Shown: piece after piece, positions 54,318-64,000 of the stretch
How positions within the stretch are numbered: the first letter of the stretch is position 1
Layout of the letters: every line of letters starts with the position of its first letter
DNA from: Phoronis australis
Taxonomy: Eukaryota > Animalia > Phoronida
DNA: 64,000 nucleotides
Assembly: GCA_002633005.1 (NCBI GenBank)
Contig: NMRA01000727.1
Span: forward strand, 114,216 to 178,215
Direction of reading: 5' to 3'
Made by a program: the position numbers and the translations under genes
Notes under the pieces: model-generated
The model's input: the letters and a program-made list of their open reading frames with translations, nothing else
Databases searched by the model: none
Told to the model about the DNA's origin: nothing

Positions 54318-56953
54318 CAGATGTTTTCCGATGCTCTATTTTGTATTCATACTGGCTAAGATGTAACGCCCGTCTTGCTAGTCGATTAGCAGCCATAGCT
54401 GGAACTCCTTTACTTGATCCGAAAATAGAAACTGAAGGTTTGTGATCAGTTATCAAAATGAAACGTCTTCCGAAAAGAAATTGGTGAAATTTTTTTAGTG
54501 CGAAACCAATTGCCAGAGCCTCACGTTGAAGTTGACTGTACCTCCTTTGAGTGTCCGTGAGAATCTTTGAAACATTGGCAATCGGACGTTCACGACCATC
54601 AGGATAGCGATGAAATAGAACGGTTCCAATCCCAACATTAGAAGCATCACATGAAATTCCCAATTGTTGTTTAGGATCTAAATGAGCCAGAACTGCATCT
54701 GTACACAGTGTTTCTTTTAAAGGCTGAAAAACTACGTTCTCCTCAGCTCCCCATTTCCATGGCACATCCGGAGCGTCAAATGGCTCAGAGGAGCAATCAA
54801 AGTAGATAAGTTCGGAATGAACTTTCCGTAAACTTGAACAGATCTAAGGAACGAACGTAGATGGGAAACATCTAATGAGGCTGGCATTTTCAAAAGAGCA
54901 CCAACTTTGTTACCTTTTTTAATGCCATCACGTGAAAGCATGTGACCTAAGTATTCTATAGTTTGCTGACCAAATGAGCATTTTTTCAAGCGACATCTCA
55001 TTCCATTGTCTTGCAAACGCTGGAGTAGGTTTCGTAGATTCTGAAGATGTCTCCTGCGTTGCGACCGCTTTACTAAAATATCGTCCAAGTATACAAACAC
55101 GCTATTTAAATCGCTAGTTAATTTGTCCATGATATCCTGGAAATAACCAGGGGCTGAACTAATCCCAAATGGCAATCTCTTTTGTAGAAGAACGCCACGA
55201 TGTGTGGATCTTGCCAAACGTCTCTGACTTTCCGAAGTTAGATTAATCTGATTATACGCATCAGCCAAATCAATTTTCGTGAAATAAAATCCGCCACTGA
55301 GCTTTCGCATGAATTCTTCAGGCAGGGGTAGCAGATGACGATGAGTTTGAAGCTGAGGATTTATCGTTACTGAGTAATGTCCGCATACTCTTAATTTCAT
55401 TTTACTTTGGCCATGAAGCGGTGCTTATCTTATCGTGACAACTGGTGTTCCATATTCGTTGAATTGTGCAGTTTCCCAAATTCCACGTTTAATAACAGCA
55501 TCATATGCCAGCTTCAAGTCGTCCGGTAATGCAAAAGGTACTGTGCGAGGTTTTCAAAATATTGGTTGGACATCAGGCTTTAATTCTACACCTAATTCGA
55601 AACCTTTAAAACATCCCACTTCAGGTTTGAATAGGTCTGCTGAAACTCTACACCACTTTTCTTGTCCTCATGACAAACAACACCAACTTTGTCATTTTGG
55701 TTGTCATCGCGCAAAATGGAATTCCTACAGAAAGCAGTGACATCAATATTTAGCTGTCGAACTGCTGTTCGGCCAACAATATTCAAATCGTGTTTGCTTA
55801 CTACTATGTTTGCTGTATGCTGCAAATTGGACTGTAAGGTTGCGTTTGTATTGAAAATTCCCAAAACTGGTAATGGTTTTTCATTTGCCGCGAAATACTG
55901 ACTGTGTGACGGAGATAAAACAGGTTTTCCAAGTTTATATCAAACCTTCCCCGAAATGAAACTGTCTGGTGATCCAGCATCTATGTCAAATGTCTGTTTT
56001 TGCCGCATATCTGATCAACAATCTGAATTGAATCACGATCAGAAATGTGATTAACTTTCAGTTCTGGCCTTGCTAAAATACTGCTTACTTCATCCCTAGC
56101 CTTTCTTTTGTATAGACATACAGCCTCTATATGACCTTTCTTGTAACAGAAACGGCATTCAGTCTCTTTAATACGACATCCCATTGCCGCGAGGTCTTTT
56201 TTCCACGACGGGGACATGTTCCCTTTGGGAAATTCCTAAACTGCTGCGCTTTGCCCTGTCTGCTTTCTTCCTTCCTTTTGTTTTGTAACTTAAGCACTGG
56301 ATCTCCGTAAACCGTTTCTTTTGCAACTTTGGACGCCTCTTCAATTTCTGTTGCTATTTCTATGGCTTTCTTAAAAGATAAATCGTCATCTTTTATTTTG
56401 AAATGGGCTTTTAGGACCGCCTCATTATTAATTGAACAAATAAATCTAGTTCTCATAGCTTCATCCTGAGGATCCTTTACAGTGTGAAAATCGCATTTTT
56501 CAGCGTCTTGACGAATAGGACCCGCTAGCTCCTATATTTTCTCCCCTGGCTGTCTTCTTGTGTTTGACCAAAATTTGAATCGCTCCCGGACTACAAAATA
56601 CTTCGAACCGAATTGATTCTCCATAATTGTTGTAACTTTATTGATTTTCAGTTGATTGACATCCTTGGAAGGTATCTGCTGCTCCGTCAAAGTTGAAAGC
56701 AACTTATAAACTGTAGACGTCTGACTCGTCAAGAAAGTTTGTGGAAGTTTTTCCATAGGTATGGAATGTGCCCCTGCAATTGTTTGGAATCTGGACCAAT
56801 AAGCCTTCCAGAGTTTCGCACCAAAAGTTGGCTTAGATGTCGTTGGTTGGTGCATCAGCCTGCTAGTGATCACCTCAGCAAAACGCTGATGATTCTCTTG
56901 CTGATGCTGATTTGTTGTTGTAATAACGAAATAATGCCAGCCAACTCACCCAT
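54318..56953 (-). pseudogene. Frameshifted gag-pro-RT-RNaseH of the Gypsy element
   Basis: ORF fragments 56873-56532, 56456-56127, 56217-55981, 55864-55592, 55400-54732, 54765-54304 carry collinear gag/pol motifs in shifting frames. Confidence 0.9.
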
Positions 56954-56961
56954 CTTTATAT

Positions 56962-56979
56962 AGCCTGCCAACTACGCCT
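56962..56979 (-). other. Primer binding site complementary to tRNA-Ser 3' end
   Basis: Minus strand AGGCGTAGTTGGCAGGCT versus TGGCGTAGTCGGCAGGAT expected from the metazoan tRNA-Ser 3' end (recalled sequence), 15/18 match, 5 nt from the LTR. Confidence 0.75.
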
Positions 56980-56984
56980 AAATC

Positions 56985-57110
56985 TGTTATGTTTTTGTAA
57001 TAGAAAGAAGCAGAAACGTAAAAAGGAATGTAAAATATATTGACAGGAATTAAGAATGACGTCACAAAAGGATGACGTCATAGAAAACTATAACATCAAA
57101 TTTCACAACA
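56985..57110 (-). repeat. 5' LTR
   Basis: TGTTATG...CACAACA; direct repeat of 53648-53767; followed on minus by the PBS. Confidence 0.88.
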
Positions 57111-57669
57111 ATTGGGGTCATATTAAACAATAGGCAAACTCAAGAGTAGATATTAGGCGTGACTTACAGTGTAGGTCATGTTCTAGGTTTTGATGTAACT
57201 TTTTATGATAAGCAGGCTTATTCACTATTTGCGGGGGGTCCCGACTTGACCGGCGGCGATTGAAGCCACTCTTGGAAGCGGATCATGCAGATTGGAACTT
57301 GGCGTATCGGTAATGTAACTTTTTTGTCTCAAAGGATTAGCGTGGTCGGGATACAGCTCTTACCTGTAAATCATCGGTTGAGCTGTGGAAGGATAACCAA
57401 GAGAATGCTTAAACACAAGAATTTGCGAAAAATGAAACAAGTTTTGTTGAATCATATTTTGATCAGCTATAAATTAAACCAAATACAAGGACGAACACAA
57501 AGAATGCGAAATTTAAGAAACCTAACGGATCATTTATGTAAAAACAAAGGTGAGAACTATTTTGAAAATCGAATGAAGTCCACTGGTGATGACTGTCGTG
57601 TTTCGAGTATGGTTGTTTCAATGTGGTTCTCAAAAGTTATCCATTGTCTAAGCCAAAAAGGTTGTTAAA

Positions 57670-58216
57670 ATGGCATAAAACGTGCAAAACGGCCAGATTC
57701 AGTTGTTCAAAGTGGTTCTGAAACAGAAGTCAAAGTGTTCACCAGGTATTTTACGGTTTGTTTGTAAAGATTTTGAATTTCTGTTAGTGTCAAAGCATTT
57801 TTCCTTAAGTTTCAAATTTTAAAGAAATGATCTGTAAACTGCTTGTCACTTCGTCAATTTTCCCCCGTTACACAGCACGTCTTCTTATTTGGAGTGGCAA
57901 GACATAGATGTAGCACATTTCTCTTAACCTTTGAACCCTGATGTAAACCAAACGACGGCGATTTTAAGCAGCAGCCAATCCTTCTTTTTCAGCGCATGCG
58001 CGCATATAATATTATTGTGGGCGGAGAATTTGAATACTATATTGGGATGAAAAAGTTTAAATTTAGTCTGTGTCTCAAAATAGTGAATCTGCCGATTATT
58101 TTTAGAAATTCTTGCAATATTCAAAGTGAATAACTCTCGACGTTAGCATCCTCAAGAAGCAGATCCTCCATTATCTGTTTAAAAGAAATTTACGAATTTT
58201 TGCGTCCCATGCCTCT
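57670..58216 (+). mobile_element. TTAA-flanked non-autonomous DNA element, diverged copy 2
   Basis: Ends TTTTGCGTCCCATGCCTCT|TTAA and shares interior blocks with 31386-31897. Confidence 0.6.
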
Positions 58217-59665
58217 TTAAGCTAGCTACATTCCAGTAGACAACGTTTTAGATTGATTCTCCAGTCAAGTTTCTAAGCTCTCGGCGTGACGGACATTGAT
58301 GTCTTTCATTCGGCAACGACAACGCCAGAGTACACGGTGGTCGTTTTTTCACTTCTCGCCAACAAAGGAAAAAGAATTTAGAAAATACTAATCATACGAC
58401 ACGTGGAGGACCTCAGTCGTACTGTAGGTACAGTGTAGGCCTACTCTAACTTTTCAACCACTCGCAGATTCCCGGATTCTTTGGTTAGCATTACCTTAGT
58501 GCATTCAAGTGGCCAGTAAACTGCTCATCGTGTCGTACTGAATAATTCCTACATTCAAAATATTGAGTTGTACGCAATGCAAACAATTGAGGAGTTAGTT
58601 CACAGGACAAACAGGAATAGTAAGAGAATGTGTATTTTTCTGAGCTACCCCCTAGTTCTATCGTTTCTTGCTTAGGTCTACTCTAACTGCATAGGCCTAC
58701 ATGTACATCATAACTCCCTGTTAAGTACTAAACATGAAACTACTGCATTAGAGCAACACGCGTAGTCCAAATTTCATAAAGGAAACATGTGTGAATAGTC
58801 TGCCCTATTCTGTCTTGTGATCACTATAAGTCCACGTGATCCTGGTGATGTTTTTTTCAAGGCGTCGACTGCGTCTGTCAACTGAGAGTAAACAAACAAG
58901 CTAATAGAGGCCAATTACTGAAAAAGGTGGCGCTGGTACAAAAAGAATTAGGCAAACTGGTTATAAGACAGGTGAAGACTCTTGGTGTCAAAGAATAGAT
59001 TGTTTTACAAAGAGCACAGTGGCAACGAGAGAACTTTAATCGCGATGTCATTGAACCTGACACAAAGAACTATCAAGATCCCTTTTAGAATGGCTAACCA
59101 TCAAATATAGTGCCATGTTAATATGATCAACAAGTTAATTTCAGGAGCTAGGACAATTGTGGCACGGCTTAGAGATGTTCTAGAGACGACTCTAAATCTT
59201 ATTCAAAGTTTCACCACAGGAATTGAAGATGGTCAAGTCTCACTGACCAACAGTCCGTCTGATGACATTAAGAAGTCCAGCCGGATCAGAATTTAAATTC
59301 GTGACCTTACATAAAGCTGGGTATCACTTGACAGAACTGCAACCGTTTTCAGGCTGCAACTGTCACCATCCACCAAACTGCTCAACTGGCTAGAAAACAT
59401 AAAGCAGTACATGGTAGCTGGTAGCCCAAGCCGCAATAAAGCCTCTAGCCAAGCCCCAAACTAAGTGTTTCCCGGCCTGTAGCGGATGATCGTGATCACT
59501 TGACATCTCGAATAATTGTCTACACCATCAGGGTCGAAGCACATATTGGCTTTGGTGGCAATGAAGTTGCTGACTATCTTGCAGAGCCCGTGTGTTCCAG
59601 CATCTTACGGGTGTTGCAAAGCAAAAGTCAAACAGTGGGTGCTTAAACCGTCTGCACGAAGGAGT

Positions 59666-60108
59666 AACACCTTCTCATTTGAAATGAGCTTTTCTCAAAT
59701 AAATGAGCTTCGAAAAAAGGACTTAAATTGAATACTTAATAAGGTATTTCCCAGACAATGCCACACTTGCAAATTCATTAATCGGTCTATCCTATATACA
59801 TGTATATATAGGGTATACCACTAGCGTCATTCGCTTGAGTGGTCTATCCTATATATATATATATATAGGATAGACCACTCAAACGATTGACGTCAGTGGT
59901 ATATCCTATATATATATATATATAGGGTAGACCACTCCAACGAATGACGTCAGTGGTATACCCTATATAAATGTATATATAGGGTAGACCGTTTAATGAA
60001 TTTGCAAGTGTGGCATTGTCTGGGCAATACCTTATTAAGTATTCAATTTAAGTCCTTTTTTCGAAGCTCATTTATTTGAGAAAAGCTCATTTCAAATGAG
60101 AAGGTGTT
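59666..60108. mobile_element. Palindromic fold-back element with internal 57-bp-period array
   Basis: 118-bp inverted arms (two mismatches seen), 4-bp direct flank GAGT on both sides, four 36-bp (TA)n-cored quasi-palindromes separated by 21-bp linkers. Confidence 0.85.
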
Positions 60109-62939
60109 GAGTGCTCCACGTGCTGACAAGCAAAATAAATGTTTGCAAAGGGTTGTAGGAGGCTCTTATGCTAAGGCTTGCTGCTGTATTCATCACGTCA
60201 TCCGAATTATTACTTGCCACTTAGAACTACTTGTACCTTGACATCGAATCATCAAGGGTCAAATGACTTCCTCAAGCTACCCTAAGTGTGGCATGGAAAC
60301 CAAGACATTGAAACCATCTGCATGTGCTAGAGATTGCCCTGTCTGGAGGAAATCGATGGGTCGAGTTTCCGGTTTATCAGTTTTCGCAACTTCCTTGGGA
60401 CAACAGGCAGATTTGAAGATTTTAACGGCAAGGAATCCTAGGCAGGGGGTACCTTTGAGTCATCAGGTGATTAGTGCAATGGGTCTGGTGTTGTGGCCTA
60501 AGCACGCCTAATGCACCACAAAATTAAGGTATCAGGGTACCTGTATAATTATTTTTTTACCGCCATGTACCGACAAAGGTTAACTGTAGCATTGGAGTGA
60601 CTTTGTGATACTTCCTTGTACCAGTTTTATATTACAACGACTACAGTTCCCTCAAAATTACTTCTAAGTTCTGTATACCAACTGTACCTGTTGTTATAGC
60701 CAACACATTGAAAACACCCAGGAGCTAATCCTGTACAGAGTCAGTCTACAGAATCAAATAGGATTCTTAACATCATTGGTGTAGCATCCTGAATGCATAT
60801 TCCTGGTTGAGCCCCATGTTTTGGTGTGCTCCTGGTTTTACAAAAAACGAAGCTGTTGTTCCTCAAAAAGACTTAAAGGCAAAAGTTTGTGCATGCTGTC
60901 GCAACGACCATTGGAAAAGTGAACTTACTTGAACTAAAACATGTATTTGGTTGCGGAAAAGCTCATTAGAAGCATAATAACTAATTTTAATGCATATTTC
61001 TTCTATGCAATGGAAAAAAGAGCAGACTAAACTTAGCAGCGATAACAAACGTTCGTTAAAAAATAAGGTTTTTATTCAGACGTCACACAACTCCTAAAAT
61101 ATACTTGAATATCATGTACACCCGTACGTAGTACTGGGTATTTTCAAGGGAAGTTGTGAATCTTGAAAAAATGTATTTCTTGAAATTTCATATTTCATGG
61201 CTATTCCACTTCTCCCGTTGACTCTTCCTCATTTGCTTTTAGGCCTACTCTACATATTCTTTAAGAAGCCAGGCGTTCATTAATTTCCAAAGACCCAGCC
61301 TCAATCAGGAGACGCGCGTTTTCTAAAAGAAATGGCGTTTATTACTTAGTACGACGATAGGGAGACCCTGCGTTTCATTATTTCATCGAACCTTTAATAT
61401 CCCCAGCTTCTGTTAAAAAACTGACCTCTATTAGCAGTCGTGCGGTTCTACCGGTGTCTCACTTTTCATTCCCTTTTGGGTAATTTTACTTGAAACAACG
61501 TTAGCAATGGTAACTCGACTTTTATATATATTTATGCAAATGAAGCTTTCCTATTTCGGCAATTTCTGCACACGAAGTCGCTATTAAATATCTATTTCTG
61601 TTCAACTAATATCAAATCAAATCAAATCTCCACCAAATGTCGACAGCTAAGAGTTACTCCATCGACGTTGTCGAAATCGCGTCAACTCACTGCATTTTCC
61701 ATTTTGTCAACAAACAATGGGGGTAGGCCTAACAAAGTCTTATTAAACTTTGACAAATGTTTGACAACACGCTATTTTATTGCGACAAAATTTGTGTGAG
61801 AAAAACTTACAAAGCACTCTGGCAAGACCTTTATACAAGTTTGGAATAGTCTACCAGATTTCTGCCAAAATCTGTCAAGTTGATTTTGCAAACTACTGAA
61901 CATGCAAATACGTAACTAATATCGATATAGACTTCCCGTAATTTACATTAATCATCAAATGAGACCACGAAATAAACGAGGTCCAGTCTTGAGGTCTGCG
62001 TCGATAGCAGGCTCACTCATGACGTCATTCCTGAACTTCCTTTGCCCAACTGTAAGCTGCTAGCGCTTATTGAAGCTCTTTTCATGAAATCCTCAAAGAT
62101 ACCACAAGTCAAATCAGGTACAAACAAACGATTGCCTGTGCAGAAAGTGGGGACAGTCATTACGTCGTCGTTATGTACTTAATAGCCTCACGTTGACATA
62201 TTCAGCATGAATATTTTAATAATGAGATTTTAATGGTTTCACCCAGCTTTAACGTTTATTTCGTAGAGCAAGACACCAATTCGTGTACTTTTCCCATTCG
62301 AAGACGGGAGAGAACTCCATGATAAAATCAGGATTAAGGAAAGATATCGACAGTAAAAAGGTTGTAATTGTGCCATTTGTAACAAACTCTACTTGCAGAG
62401 AACCAGGACGATGTTAAATTTTGAAGCGCATTGCAAGATGGCGCTGATGTCGACCACGTTTTCACTATAAGTTCACCTCAAGTTCAGTACTTATATCGTT
62501 CGCAATAGCTTAACCAATAAAAAGAAAAAAAAATGAGTTTTAAATTGTTTCGATATGAACGTTAATATGTGCACCATTGCAATCGCGAGGTCCGAGGGGA
62601 AAATCTTAAGTTTGCAGATAACCCGTGTCCAATCAGTCCAGAAGTGTTCAGGTACTGACCTTACTTAAGCACCAAACGCTGTTTCGGACATTTAACTCGC
62701 TGTTTTGCTGTTTTGAGAGAATTTGGGATTTTATTGTTGGTCCCCGTGGTGCGTAATGTGAAAACTGGCTGTTAACTCTACAGTGTACCTACAGTACACC
62801 TGTGCAAGAATACAGTATTTCTCCACCACGCCGGTAGGCACGCTCCACGCATGATCAACGAGAAAGCGTGGATTTGTGCATCGATAAATGAATCCCAGGT
62901 TTCGAGTTGTGCACTTGCGTGGCAGGGAAATGTAGATGG

Positions 62940-63102
62940 CAGCGGCGGATTTAGAGGGGGGCCAAGGGGGCCATGGCCTCCCTAAAATTCTCCTAGATCC
63001 ATTTGACAGTTTGAGGGGCGCGAACGTCTGACAACCAAAATCCTGACTAATACATGTACTCTGACGTGCCCCTCCTAACTCAAAACCCTAGATCCGCCCC
63101 TG
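62940..63102 (-). mobile_element. MITE family A copy 4
   Basis: Reverse-orientation copy, flanks GATGG/GATCG. Confidence 0.8.
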
Positions 63103-64000
63103 GATCGATCAGTACAGTAAACAAACCGACTTTTGCATTACTCTCAATAGAGATCCGACAATAATGCTCCTTTGTCTTGAAGTATCATTGTAAATGACGA
63201 AAGCATCGTAAAATCTACATTAATGTCCTTCGTAAGACCTGCGGGATCACTTGCCGAGTGTTTGGACTCGAGACGGGCCAAAGTGATAAAGTACATGTAA
63301 GCCCCTATCCACCAGTCGGCTTGGCTACTCAACCGATGCCGGTAGTGATTGGTTATTGTTGTGATTTGTCATTGTCATGGTATTAAGACTTCAACTGAAA
63401 TAACTTGAAGAGTGATTTGAATTTGCTTCCCATTTGTATCCAGGGTATAGCTAAAGCCACCCGTGTGCGGATTTCGAGGACTAAACATGGTAGACCGAGC
63501 AAAGTACCACATCTTAGAGACAACATCAGCAACTCACCATGCGCTTCTTGCGAGTCGTCCTCATTCTCGTGAACAGCGTTACATTGAACACACGGTGTGT
63601 GCTCTCGTGACGGTTGTCCATGCAATTGCAGGGCGGGTCTATTCAAGGTCATTTATACACGGCCAACATGACCAAAAAATAACTAGGCAAGAAACAGTGG
63701 ACAATACAATCATTCGCTATGTTGAAAATGACACATTTCGGATAAAGATTTTGGAATCGTAATTGGTTAGTCATGAAAAACTTGTGTTGAATGAGCAGCT
63801 TACAGGTGTGTACCGCACGTTGGATTTCAGTTTCAATAGGCTTGTGCCTGCATGGGCTTCCTACGGTGTGTATGCTCCTCTTTTCGCTGGCACGTGTATT
63901 TCAGTGTTTAATTATGTGTTCCTTCCATTGATTGCCTGAGGATGTAACATGAAGTCTCGAAATACATGTACAGCTAGCGTTTTAATTTGTTTGTTATCAT

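Larger units (their letters stand above)
53648..57110 (-). mobile_element. Decayed Ty3/Gypsy LTR retrotransposon (Mag-like), integrase deleted
   Basis: Two about 120-bp TG..CA LTRs; tRNA-Ser-type PBS inside the right LTR; polypurine tract next to the left LTR; frameshifted gag (CRFCYKKGHIEAVC knuckle), protease (DAGSPDSFIS), RT (KIDLADAYNQI, LPFGISSAPG, YLDDIL) and RNase H (CDASNVGIG, SQLQREALAI, TDHKP). Confidence 0.93.

Noticed and set aside
56962-56979. tRNA gene
   Set aside because: Only an 18-nt primer-binding complement; no cloverleaf.
53640-57115. Target-site duplication of the LTR element (ACTGG / ATTGG)
   Set aside because: Needs a mismatch and a 3-bp shift of the LTR edge; not reliable.
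57285-57668. ORF starting MQIGTW..NV..VVGIQ resembling a LINE endonuclease N-terminus
   Set aside because: Spacing is wrong, the catalytic Glu is missing and no downstream endonuclease or RT motifs follow.
59784-59990. CRISPR-like 36-bp repeat / 21-bp spacer pattern
   Set aside because: Spacers are variants of one sequence, there are no cas genes, the context is eukaryotic and the array lies inside inverted arms.

Overview
Eukaryotic (invertebrate animal-like, AT-rich, intron-rich) genomic window with three assembly gaps. Four spliced protein-coding genes can be rebuilt exon by exon with consistent GT-AG boundaries and intron phases: (1) a GPI-anchor-type alkaline phosphatase on + (about 2303-15493; first exon unresolved); (2) and (3) a head-to-head pair of paralogous OATP/SLCO transporters (minus 26527-15666, plus 27212-36990) with identical 8-exon structure; (4) a divergent SLC6 Na+/Cl- symporter on minus (52714-37560; TM1 exon not found in the window). 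The arrangement is tail-to-tail, head-to-head, tail-to-tail with very short intergenic gaps. Introns and the 53-64 kb region hold a decayed Mag-like Ty3/Gypsy LTR element lacking integrase with a nested Harbinger-like MITE, several MITE families (5-bp TSD, TTAA-TSD), a long fold-back element spanning a gap, and a 443-bp nested palindrome with a 57-bp-period internal array. No rRNA, tRNA or CRISPR array was found. All calls were made by eye; no searches were run.
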